NCBI RefSeq assembly: GCF_001194135.2
Contig: NC_068983.1
Coordinates: 76,891,558-76,955,557, forward strand
Source: Octopus bimaculoides
Taxonomy: Eukaryota
DNA: 64,000 nucleotides
Reading direction: 5' to 3'
Every line of letters starts with the position of its first letter. Within the stretch, counting starts at the first letter, position 1. The position numbers and the translations under genes are program-made. The notes below the pieces were generated by a model, which was not told the DNA's origin, made no database searches, and saw nothing but the letters and a program-made list of their open reading frames with translations. Positions 1-11,200 of this stretch are shown one piece after another.

Positions 1-24
1 CACACACACACACACACACATACA

Positions 25-71
<47 letters not shown>

Positions 72-88
72 ATATTTACATATATACA
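1..88. repeat. (CA)n/(TA)n microsatellite
   Basis: Direct read of the sequence. Confidence 0.95.
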
Positions 89-120
89 CATAGTCACAGG
101 AGTGGCTGTGTGGTAAGTAA
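89..120 (+). mobile_element. 5' fragment of a tRNA-derived SINE (same family as 57268-58394)
   Basis: CACAGGAGTGGCTGTGTGGTAAG resembles the head of the 57268 copy and of a high-copy octopus SINE that I recall. It is interrupted at ~121. Confidence 0.4.
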
Positions 121-325
121 TTATGGAAGGAACTGTCTTTGAAGTCTCATGTTGTCGTTGAATGCTCGAAATAATGAGTAGATAGACATCTGACAAGAGA
201 CGAAGCGTCCTTTGTCTGTGATTACTTGTCGTGATTTGCATTTTGTTCTCTTCTTGTTTACGCATCTAACTTTTGTTTATGTTTCTGAGGTTGCTTCTAC
301 ATTTGGGGACGTCATGTACCCATTG
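121..325 (+). repeat. Dispersed ~200-bp repeat, copy 1 (diverged direct repeat of 978-1155)
   Basis: Shares GAACTGTCTTTGAAG..TCAT.TTGTCG.TGAATGCTCGAAAT..., GACGAAG.GTCCTTTGT and GACGTC.TGTACCCAT with 978-1155. Confidence 0.85.
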
Positions 326-977
326 ACGCATAGAGCAGAGACTCCAGCTAAGAAGATCTGAAGAAGGAATTGTAATTCAGAAATATCATCGGACTATAGA
401 TAACCAAATTACAGCAGGTATATAGTTCATTTTTTGTTCTATAGTGCATTGTTGTACCATTCTAAAACTGTTTATTCTTTACAAACAATACACAATGCTT
501 CAAGCGAACTACAATACTCTCCTATTGTTTGTTATTATTATTTTATTGAACGCCACGTATCCATTTCCGACTCAGTTTATCTTCACCTCTCTGATGCAAT
601 TCTACTCTATACTGTGTTCTTCCTCCATCCTTCTCTATTTCCTTTTTTCCTTGGCCTCTTTTACCCTTTATTATCTGTCTATATTTCCCCCTTTATCCCT
701 CGATCACTGTTCACACATGACCATGGTCCATCTTTCTTTTTCTCACGTGACCATCTTTCTTTTCCTGCACATACGTTCAAAAGACTGGCCATTTTTCTAT
801 CTCATCTATCTTTTTCTCTTTTCAGAGAAAATATTTCTACCAGCGTTCATTATTTTCCTCTCATTCTGGTATAACGACCCTCTAAGTGTGTTTTCTTTCG
901 GTTTCCTTGTATGTCTCCACTGTCCTGTTTTATTCCCAGCTTTGACCTCCATAAATCTTAAATTGTATTTTAGAATT

Positions 978-1155
978 TATGGGTGGAACTGTCTTTGAAG
1001 AGTCATATTGTCGCTGAATGCTCGAAATGAGGGGTCGATAGACAGGCGACAACTGACGAAGGGTCCTTTGTGTTTTCTTGTCCTGTTTTCTATTCTTTAT
1101 CTCGTTGTTTACGAATTTCATGTTGTTTGCACAGTTGGTGACGTCTTGTACCCAT
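978..1155 (+). repeat. Dispersed ~200-bp repeat, copy 2
   Basis: Aligns by eye to 121-325 along its full length. Confidence 0.85.
989..1052 (+). ncRNA. Hammerhead-like motif, non-canonical (U3 core, possible loop II pseudoknot)
   Basis: CTGTCT(989-994)/AGACAG(1040-1045) brackets TTGAAGA(995-1001) and GAAA(1024-1027). Loop TTGTCGC(1008-1014) is complementary to GCGACAA(1046-1052). Helix III is weak and the cleavage-site register is imperfect. Confidence 0.3.
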
Positions 1156-1202
1156 ATATGCATATATATATATATATATATATATTCTTTGTATTATATA
1201 TA

Positions 1203-1461
1203 NNNNNNNNNNNNNNNNNNNNNNNNNNNNNNNNNNNNNNNNNNNNNNNNNNNNNNNNNNNNNNNNNNNNNNNNNNNNNNNNNNNNNNNNNNNNNNNNNN
1301 NNNNNNNNNNNNNNNNNNNNNNNNNNNNNNNNNNNNNNNNNNNNNNNNNNNNNNNNNNNNNNNNNNNNNNNNNNNNNNNNNNNNNNNNNNNNNNNNNNNN
1401 NNNNNNNNNNNNNNNNNNNNNNNNNNNNNNNNNNNNNNNNNNNNNNNNNNNNNNNNNNNNN
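1203..1461. other. Assembly gap (others: 13609-14181, 26248-26335, 29821-30104, 31361-31744, 32514-32523, 39252-39619, 53335-53504, 54350-55161, 57478-58148, 62575-62593)
   Basis: N runs, mostly flanked by (AT)n or (GT)n tracts. Confidence 0.99.
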
Positions 1462-1548
<87 letters not shown>

Positions 1549-1759
1549 TTGAGATGCATGTATGGGTGTGTAAGTGCGTATCTGTGTGTATGGGATTGTG
1601 TTTGCCTTTTCTTCGTTGTGCCCCTCAGATTTTGATAGATATGTAGCACAAATGTCAAGTTATACTCCTTGTTGAGCTCTTCTGTTTCGAAGATATATCA
1701 CACCCAGCAGATGTTTACTGAGAGAAAGGGAAAAAGACAGAATGTAATACTGATCTTAC

Positions 1760-1823
1760 TTTGCAACCACTGAAAGATTATGTGAGCCTGGAAAATTTTG
1801 AAACGCGTTGACGGCATAACTGC
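1760..1823 (-). CDS. Candidate 64-nt internal exon of an unidentified gene
   Basis: Minus strand ttttag|GC...GCAAA|gtaag. Open in two frames (xSYAVNAFQNFPGSHNLSVVAx or AVMPSTRFKIFQAHIIFQWLQx). No recognised homology. Confidence 0.2.
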
Positions 1824-1984
1824 CTAAAATCAGTTTGTTTAAAGCTATAACAATTTTATCAAGTAGCCTATGCATGCTTATAAATGAATAGAGATGTTTA
1901 TAAGCATTTACAAATACTGGTGTAGAGACATAAAAATTGATAAGGATAATTAGAGGTATAGACAGACAGTCGCACAGGCAGACA

Positions 1985-2070
1985 GGCTGAGCGATAGAGA
2001 GACAGACAGACAGATATATAGATAGATAGATAGATAGATAGATAGAGAGAGAGATAGATAGATAGTTAGA
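1985..2070. repeat. (AGAC)n/(AGAT)n compound microsatellite
   Basis: Direct read. Confidence 0.9.
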
Positions 2071-3638
2071 TAAATAGTTCGATACATAATACCTCCATAC
2101 CCCCCACCCACACATTCAGAGTATTTATTAATTAGTTTCTCAGTATGAGTACCAGGAGAAAGTATCTCCAGTTTCTCTTTGTTTTGCCTATAGAAGTAAT
2201 CATCTCCTGCGTTAATTACGCAGCAATTTATACTTCTGAAAGTTTTGCAACAGTGTACTATTATTTGCATATCTCACAGGAAGTCAGCGATTGTTAAAAA
2301 AATGTTGTTTTTCTTCCCACCTAATATTTTGAATTAAGTGGCATTGTACGTTTCTATATTTGTTAGAAACTAATTCTCTAACAGATAACGAGTTTAAAAT
2401 TGCTGGTCAATGATAAACACAATGCGTTGCAGCAGGAGATATTGGATTCTGTTACAGGAGTTATTTGTTCATGGAATTTCCCAATTGTTTAATCTGTTAG
2501 TGTCACAAACACCACTGCCATCTCCACCGGCGAAGACTATATATTAGCTAATAAATATTTCTTCATTTAGCATTGTGAAATGGAAGACATATCAATATTT
2601 AATAACATTTCCGAGGCCATAGTTTCTAAAACAAATTGTCGTCGACATATTCGCGTGACCTGCAAGAATAACCAGCGAAATCCTCCTGCAACTACTTCCG
2701 ACTGTTTCAAAAGAGGAAAGTGATGCCGAAACATTTATTCCTAAAGAAGAATAACAAAACAAAAGAGAGAGTAAAAGCATTATGTCAGATAAAAATGAAT
2801 GGACACTATTTCTAGAATAGCGAATGGTGTTTGGACGGTACACTGTCAACAGAAAATAAGCATTGATCAACACGAAGCATGAGAAAACTTTCAATGTGGC
2901 ACTTTGCAGAAAACATCATGAGAGTATGAGGATATGAAGGGATTGAATCTCAAAATTTACACGCGTATATTAAAATGACACAAAGTACAAACTTTAACAT
3001 TAAACAAATACAAATAATCGGAAATATCGCCAAAAACGGTCTTGCCATTTGTCGTAGAACAGCTGCTCAGTCACAAGTGTAACAATTCCATCAACCATAG
3101 ATTCTTGAACGTAATACACAGGAAACACTGGGGAAACGAAAAAGTTGCTTATCGCTCTGCAAGAAATATCAAATTCTTCATTTCAACATCAAACTCTGCA
3201 GCCTTGTAAATTCATTATGTGGATAATATGATCATCTACATACACGTCTTAGATGATTGTGATATAGGTCTTCTTAATAGTCCTAAACAGCTACTCTTAA
3301 ACAATGACATCCAAAGTAGACAAAATGCATACCGTACCTATAAAGTAAAATCATTAATATATGGCAATGGCAATAGAAACCAATTTAATACAATCTTAAA
3401 TCGTCAAAATAAAATACTAATTGCATCTCAATAGTTTCGCAAATGAAATCTACGAGATACAACTCATTATAGGATCCGTTCAAATACTTATTGGTGTTAC
3501 AATAAATTATAAGGGCCAAGCGTCAGTGAAGAATCCTTGACGTGTATAAATCCATGAAATAAGCGGAAGAGACAGACAGATCTTGAGTAGGCATTATGCA
3601 CATAGGACGCACTATAAATATCTGTATTAAAAAAAAAC

Positions 3639-3810
3639 ATGAGTGAAGAGCATATTAATATATTCATAAATATCACTTCCAAGTTACACATTACAACTAC
3701 AGCGCACAAACAACGCTATCGCCAACTTGCGCACTACATTTTGCCGTTATTTGGAATCTTTTGTACCTTAAGCTGTTTGCACACGCTCTCACGCATTGTG
3801 TTCAATAACT
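3639..3810 (+). pseudogene. Degenerate PIF1/Helitron-type helicase C-terminal relic
   Basis: TAHKQRYRQLAHYILPLFGIFCTLSCLHTLSR aligns without gaps to the PIF1-family pattern TIHKSQGxTLxxVxxDLxxxFxxGQxYVALSR. Key SQG and GQ residues are lost. Confidence 0.35.
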
Positions 3811-4331
3811 TAACCCAAGAGTCACGGAGTTCCTGTGAAATGTAATGCGCACTGCATTCCCCACATTAAAAAGATAAAATCTCAGCAGTTCAGTAAAGCA
3901 AAATTAAATGTGACTAGTAGGACAATTGTGCATTAAAACAGCTACAGCAAATCATATCACATACATTAACATCTTAAAATGATATATTAATAACATCACA
4001 AGCTTTTACATGAAAATAAGCTGCAAGAACTAAGAAATAGAAAAAATCTTAAAATCGAATTGCCGTGAAGTGTGAAAAATAATGAGTTAATACAAAACAA
4101 ATCAACTTAACAAAACCCATATTTAAAAGAACACTCGAATACACAGATAGAATTAATGAAATTTATGAAACAAATAGAATATTACACATGCCAATTTAAA
4201 TACTACTAACATTTTGAATGATTTCGATATTATTCTGAATTTAAACTAATAACAAAATTACTAGAGAACGTGCAGGAAATTTCCCAGAAATTAAAAAAAA
4301 TCAATATGCTAAGATGCCGAACTTATTGTGA

Positions 4332-5120
4332 CTAGTGGACCCGTGGAAATTCCACGGAATGGAATTAATTAAAGAGGGCCTATTTAAGAAGGAAGGGATG
4401 GCTTGCATTTTTATAGCATCCATAGTTTAGCTTTCTTCAAATATTCTTGACGTTTATGTACGTTCATTTCCTCACGTCTCCGACGGTGTTGTCATTTCCC
4501 CCTTTTTATCATGTCTTCTCGCTGTTTCTGATCTGTGCTCTATATGTGCCCATCCTTTCTCGGGCATCTTGCAACCGTGTTTCTCGTCAATCAAGTGTTT
4601 AGGCTATATTTACCCTTATAAACAAATATCAATTTCTCCATCGAAGAGACGCCATAACAAAATCAGTTCAATAAAAAAATACTTTTCACTATCAACACAC
4701 CATCACAACCACCATCGTTACCAACACCATCACCGATATCTTCCCCACCTCTCTCTCAATATAACTGCTTCCCCCGTCCATCTCTCTCTCTACATGTCTT
4801 TCCCTTGAGCTAACGTTTTAACCATGTAATAAGTATTCCTTCCCCACCCCATCTCACGTCGCTAATACCGCTCTCTCTATTTCTCTCGTAATCTTTCGGT
4901 CACGTGCTTCGCCTCTAACCTCAGCTGACCATGTGGACCACTTGGCCTATGTGGTTTAATATTGGTCATCACCTTTCTCTACTTTCTCCTCTCTTCTTTC
5001 GTCACTGCTCACTTTCTCTTTGTTTCTCTCACTCTAACTCCATCTCTCACTCACTCCACCTCCACATCTCCAGCTATCTAATTCATAACGTGAGAACGAA
5101 GAAGCAGATTATTATGTACA
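4332..5120 (-). mobile_element. Non-autonomous Helitron (3' end clear, 5' end approximate)
   Basis: Minus strand shows an 8-bp hairpin CCGTGGAA-T-TTCCACGG (4341-4357), then GTCCA-CTAG, then T. This is the canonical Helitron 3' terminus. The interior is CT-rich. Confidence 0.55.
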
Positions 5121-6689
5121 TTACAAAAGAAGACATAGTGAATTTGTAATTTTCTGAAGGGAATACTGCAAAGGTTTGTTTTCCCTCTCAGTCGTCTTTT
5201 TTAAACCATACCAAAGCAAGTTCGTGTTAATATAATATTTAGTGTAAATTCATTCATCTGTGATACTGCAAATTCTAAAATGCTATGTATATATAGGAAA
5301 TTCTCATATTACTACTTCGATATTGAGCATTTTTAGTCAATGTTTCAGCTTTAACGCAAAAGTTTCCATCAGCATTTAATGTCTTTCGAAATAAGTGAAA
5401 TTGTGTTGAGATGAAAATAGCGGTGTTTATCGAAAGAAACCTGAATATTTAAAGAGCTGTAAGTAGGAAGTTTTTGTGATACTTGAAATGAATCAGAAGA
5501 GCCGGAAACTTCTCCGTGTTGTACAACCACAAATTTTATTATTATGCATCACGGGCTAAAATATGCCAGTCCATACAATAAACGGGGGAGAATGTACACA
5601 GACACACGACAAAATAATATCACTCACCACAGGGCTCTATCTAACCATTTGATATGAATTTTTGACATGAGTTTTCATTTATTACCAGTGGTCTTTCGAT
5701 CACTGAAATCCACACACGCTGCGGCTAAATATGCTAGCAGTCGTTCAGTGAATGCACTGGTTCATCCTAGCCGTTGACAGTCTTTGTTTATCAGTTCTGT
5801 ATTCAGTGATATTGGCAATAAACTCAAAGAGATAATCATCCGAAATATCTAACAACCACCATACAACATCGCATGGTTTCAACGTACACCATCTCAGGTA
5901 GCTACTTACAAATAAATCCGTGGCTGGGACTCACGCAGGTGCTAAAATTCTGACTCAGAGATGACCTAGGAACAATAGATTCGAAGAGGTGTCTCCACAC
6001 CTCACAAAATCCTGGAAGTCCTGAAGAAACATCCTATTACCGGATACAGTTTAGTCATACCAGGACAAGTATTTTTCTAATTATATCATAGACATACCGG
6101 TTAATTTAATCGTTGATACGATATGTGTAAAACGCTGGTTTGATAAATGTTCAAGGATTCGAAGTCTTATTACTCAGTGACAAATAACTAAATCTCATTG
6201 CACAAAATAATAGCTGCGATTATATTTACATTGACATCTAAGTAGTGAAATTATCTCCCTAGTTTAGCTTGAGGATGAATAAGTTGAACAAAGTTCACTC
6301 GCAAAATACATGACGTTTGAAATTGAAGATTTTAATGATATACTATTTCCAGACGATGACTAACGTGCCTCTGAAATGTATATGTTTATGTTTTGTTAAT
6401 CACTTGCAATGAGATGATTATATCATATCGGACACATATAATAGACAATACGGCTACGCATTTTAGCAGCAACAATTACTCTTATATCGTAAATTACCTT
6501 AATTAACTTGTCTGCTGGAATACATGATTGGAATTTGGTGCATAACTGAGTCTTACTCAGTTTGTCAGGTTTGTAACGACGATAACTATGTTGATGAGGC
6601 TGGTTCTCGGTAACAGTGATGGTAGTCATTGCAATGATGTTAACAGAGGTTATGGTAATGCGAGTTAGTAGTCATGATAATAATGGTGC

Positions 6690-7265
6690 AGATGATAATT
6701 ATCGAGTTGGTGTTAATGATGATTATGATGATGACGGCGATAACGATGTTGAATATGATGACGATATTGATGACGCAGATAATCACGAAGATTTTGATAT
6801 CGGCTTCAGTGTCACTTAATGTGATAATTATAATTAAAATGTAAGTGGACTTTGATTGAGAGGATGTTAGTGATGATCATAGTAATTTACATACCGGTGG
6901 TAGAGATCATTCACCTGAAGTTGGGGGACGCATTAGTGTTTAAAGAATTTGGGTAGAAGTTGATTGAGGCGTTAATGATGTTCCTTAATAATTATTACTT
7001 TTCGTGATGATGATGTTGATGAATATGGCGATGACGATGATGATGATGACGACGACGACAACGATAATAACAATGATGATGATAATGACGACGATGGTGG
7101 TGGTGGTGGTGATGTTGGTCAAAATGAAGATTGCGCTGTTGTTGATGATGATGATGGTGTCGATGATAATGTTGTTTGTGGTGATGACGGTGATAATAAT
7201 AATAATGATGACGGTGACGTGATGAAGTAGTCGTTGCAATTCGTGGTGTTGATATTGATGATGTT
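6690..7265. repeat. Degenerate trinucleotide region (GAT/GAC/GGT/AAT)n
   Basis: Direct read. It produces low-complexity poly-M/D/I ORFs. Confidence 0.9.
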
Positions 7266-8377
7266 GTTAATTGTAATAATCATAGTTTATAGAAGAAAGT
7301 AAAATAAAGAAACCAATGGTGGTGCTGACGATGTTAGAAGTGATTGCAGATTCATGGGTCAGCAATTCTAGTGTTCTTTTAGATAATAGTCCTCAGAGAT
7401 AATTTCAATGTAGTCTATTACCACAAAAGAGACAGACGTTAGAATCCGACAAAACTAGTGAAATTCAGTGTCAGAAAATTATAAGCATAAATCGTTTAAA
7501 TTGTATACTCAATTATTTAACCGTTAGAAAGTATAGTCAGCTATTTAACCGTGAAGTGACGTCTAAAACTTGGGGTTTAACCTTTCGTCTGCACAAATGC
7601 GTTTAAAATAGTTTATTCCATCGTGTAAACATTTTGTAACGCAGTTTGTATCAATGCCAATAGCCTCGATTTCTATTATTCCTAACCTATTTTTAGACAG
7701 ATTTATCGAATATATTTATTTTTCCTGCAAAAATCTATATACGATTAATAAGCGAATAATTACGCCTGTAAATTAGACGATGAGGTAAGTTTCATTCAGC
7801 GATCCAATCGTCATTGACTCCACATAATTAGACATCAAATGTCATAATTGTTTTAGGCTTTCACAGAACCAAACATTTGTACAAGAACAATATATGGAAT
7901 ATCCAGTTGTAGTTGACAAATTAACGTTGGAGAGATGCATGTCTGACATATGCTGTTCATTTTCTAATCGAATTATGTGATATGAAGATCACTTAGTATT
8001 ATTAAGAAAAACACAATCTTCTCCATTTCTGATCCCACGCTATAACATTAGCTTCTGCATTAGGCACAAAGACAACATTTCTTCGAGATTGCTATTGGCC
8101 ACAATTTCATTGGTAATGTTTTTTTTATCGAAAATCCATTGGTAAATGTGAAGGTCAAGCTTCGATTTGAACATAAAGTTATCACATTGTAAATATTTAG
8201 GAAGTCTATAGGATAGATTTCGCAACATGAAGATCCAGCCTCTAATCAGCTTATCATCGGTATCTTAGACTGTTCTAGTAGTCTAATACTGATAAAATAG
8301 AATTTATTCAGTAATATTCTCTTATGTGTACATATCCAGCTGCTGTCGTATGAACTTACTGTTACTGTGATCATATA

Positions 8378-8380
<3 letters not shown>

Positions 8381-8440
<60 letters not shown>

Positions 8441-8518
8441 CATACATACATACATACATACATACATACATACATACATACAACATACACCATACATACA
8501 TACACACATACATACATA
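8381..8518. repeat. (ATCT)n(ATAC)n compound microsatellite
   Basis: Direct read. Confidence 0.95.
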
Positions 8519-8851
8519 CTAATGTGCAGCAATAGCGTCGAAAACCGAACAATCAAATGTCATTCATATTCTCAGTATGATTTTGCTGACACAATACAAT
8601 TTTTAATTGTTCAAATTACAATATTCTCCAGCAAATTATTTTATACCAAATCCTCTTTCATTTAGACAACGAAGCTTTAGCGTAAAGCCGTTTTTTAGTA
8701 TGAGCAGAATTTAGCCTAGTTGAAATATATTTCTGACATATTTCAAATACTAAAAGGCAAATACACTACAATTACCTTGGAGAATAAATCTTTCCTATTT
8801 TAAAAAAAAGTGTGAAAGCACCGGTTCGTTCAGTGTCGCTCTCTATTAGAA

Positions 8852-8899
8852 ATCTCATATATGGATGTTTCAAGGTATTTTGGCTCTCGTCAATGAGAT
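8852..8899 (-). ncRNA. Minimal type I hammerhead-like motif (partly decayed copy)
   Basis: ATCTCA-TTGACGA-GAGCCAAAATACCTT-GAAA-CATCCAT-ATA-TGAGAT. Helix I is a perfect 6 bp; the site is AUA. Confidence 0.5.
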
Positions 8900-9194
8900 G
8901 TACCAAAGAGAGGCAAATCTGAACGAATTTATAAAGCTGTAGATTTATGCACAATCCAGTCAGTACATTCACTGATTTGCGCTAGAAGATCGCCCGATCG
9001 AGGTAAACAACGAACCGTTATCCCGAAGCAGTGTTTAGGTATGAACAGAATTTAGACTAATTGAAATACGCTTGTGACATATCTCCACTGCTAAAAGGTA
9101 AATACACTGCAGTTACCGTAGAGAATAAATCTCTCTCACTGTAAAAAAAAAGTTGTGAAAGCACTGGTTCGTTCAATGTCGCCATTTATTAAGA

Positions 9195-9232
9195 ATCTCA
9201 GACATCGATGTTTCGAGATAATTGGGTTATCA
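9195..9232 (-). ncRNA. 3' half of the same hammerhead motif, truncated at the foldback centre
   Basis: ...ATCTC-GAAA-CATCGAT-GTC-TGAGAT is intact. The 5' half merges into the inversion junction. Confidence 0.5.
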
Positions 9233-9472
9233 TCATAAGAGGGATTTATTCTCTACGGTACCTGCAGTGTATTTTTATTATATCAGTTGAAATGTCACAA
9301 ATATATTTCACCTAGCTTAAATTCTGCTACCTTTACTTCGCGCTAACAATTCGTTGTTTACCTCGATCGGGTCATTTACTAGCGCAAATCATTGATTGCA
9401 TTGACTGGATTATACATACAACTTTATAAATAAAACTCTATAAGTTCGTTCAGAGTTGCCTCTCTTAAGCAT

Positions 9473-9520
9473 ATCTCATTGACGAGATCCAAAATAGTTC
9501 GAAACATCGATGTCTGAGAT
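9473..9520 (+). ncRNA. Minimal type I hammerhead-like motif (best copy, U3 variant)
   Basis: ATCTCA-TTGACGA-GATCCAAAATAGTTC-GAAA-CATCGAT-GTC|TGAGAT. Helix I is 6 bp, helix III is the palindrome ACATCGATGT, and predicted cleavage is after C9514. Confidence 0.65.
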
Positions 9521-10439
9521 TCCTAATAGATGGTGACAATGAACGAACTTACCATAAGAGAGATTTATTCTCCACGGTAACTGCAGTATATTTGTCTTTT
9601 AACACTTGAAATATATCATAAACATATTTCAACTAGTCTAAATTCTCCTCTTTTATTTGTTTCATTGAGCTTACACGAATTCTTATTCCGATTTCGCAAT
9701 TCGATATTAGATGTAATTAACTCACATGTATACACACATAGTAATTACGCTTTATTACCAGTAACATCTGCCATCTCTAAAACAGCGTGGGTTGTACTAA
9801 ACATTTCTTAATTAAACAAATATATTTCCAATTTATCAAATATGACTTCTTTCAAAACAACACCGGGTGGCAGTAAATGACTCCAGCCTTGAGAAAACAT
9901 ATGCAAATGACTGTGGCGTATTTATTAGTGCAACGGTCAGATATGAGATAAGATTTGCTTTACACCCACATAGGGAATAATCACCTACTCGAATTATACT
10001 TTAGCTATTACTGAGATTTTTTATCAAGGCATAATTCCCTTGAAAAGGCTACTGCATATTTCGTTCATTTCGCTTTACATTTATTTTAATGTCTTGTATA
10101 TTATCTTCTGAACAATATCACTATTCCACCCGTAAATATTATGTACAAAACTGCGGAAATTGTAAGAATATCACTGAAATCCTCAATCTATCATAATAAC
10201 CGTTCCATCAATTTACATTCAAGTGCCTACCTTTATATCTTACCAAACGAGTCAAGTATTTTCAGTCTTTTGCACTGTATCTCAATCTGTGGAAACACTT
10301 CACAAGTTTTTTCTATTCATTTGTAGACGGTTATGCTTTCATTTTTACATACAACATTACTCAGATACTTCGAGGTTTCTAACGAAAGTAATGAAAGTGG
10401 TTGGCATAGATTTCTTATCTACTGGCGGGCGAGTTACAA

Positions 10440-11200
10440 TTCCTTTTAATTAACACTTACATTGTCGTTTATTGAGGTTAAATAACGGAGGCAACGTACT
10501 GTAATTGAGTTCTTGATGAAGGAAGCTGTAAGCTGACGGCCATCTACACATGATTACAAGTTGTTTACGGAGATGCACACATTGTCAAGAGCAGTGTGCC
10601 TCGAAGGTCGGTGAAGATGAAAGGAATGGACATGAGCATTGAAAACAAACAAAACCTGCATTGGATAAGAATCACCTTTGGCCATAGAAAGAAATTAGCA
10701 TAAATTGAACGAACTGTTATGGGTGAACGTATGGTCGCAGTACATGAACTTAATGCATATCTGTGAGGAAGACAGAATGCATTACAGAAACGGCAGAACA
10801 AATTTGATTTAGCAAAGTGTGTGTGAAATAACTACCTCTGAGAGAAAGAAATATTCTCTAATGTGCTGAAAGCTTTCCAAGAAACTGTCTTATAAACATG
10901 AAGCAGGAACGAAGGCGCAATCCACGACACCCTACCACATTTCTTTTCCAAGGTCTAGAAAGCATCCAATGCCATTTATTGGCGAAGGAATTAATAGTGA
11001 ATAATTTGATTGACAACAAAGGTGTATTTCTGTTTTCTTTTGTGGCAATATGGGTAAGGTGAGCACTTGGTTGCACATTGTGACCATCTAAATTTTACAG
11101 AAGACATTAGAGTAAAGAGACCGAACAAGAACTTGAAAACGATCCACATCCACCATAACAATGCGAAGCTATTCATATCTTTGGTAAAAGAACAAGCATT
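10440..11200 (+). mobile_element. Decayed mariner transposase relic
   Basis: QRTVIEFLMKE... and VVYGD at the N-terminus. IRVKRPNKNLKTIHIHHNNAK matches the mariner IRxKRPxxxxxxxxLHHDNARPH motif. Many stops and frameshifts. Confidence 0.7.

Larger units (their letters stand above)
8694..9648. repeat. Foldback array of a ~320-340-bp monomer: two tandem units (8694-9232) facing two inverted tandem units (9233-9648)
   Basis: TGAGCAGAATTTAG at 8701 recurs at 9042 (period ~341). GATTTATTCTC.ACGGTA.CTGCAGT at 9243 and 9562 (period ~319) are reverse complements of the same monomer. 9335-9550 is the reverse complement of ~8820-9030. Confidence 0.9.

Noticed and set aside
351-395. CTGAAGA...GAAT/ATTC...GAAA...ATC hammerhead-like match
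   Set aside because: No helix I pairing and a poor helix II junction; chance match.
2470-2545. Minus-strand FAGGDGSGVCDTNRLNNWEIP* segment
   Set aside because: Weak acceptor, no good donor and no recognisable family.
6985-7239. Opposite-strand ORFs rich in M/I/V/D/T
   Set aside because: Product of a degenerate (GAT)n tract with no domain signal.
8040-8228. 62-aa minus ORF with faint BACK-domain-like spacing
   Set aside because: No donor site and the similarity is too weak.
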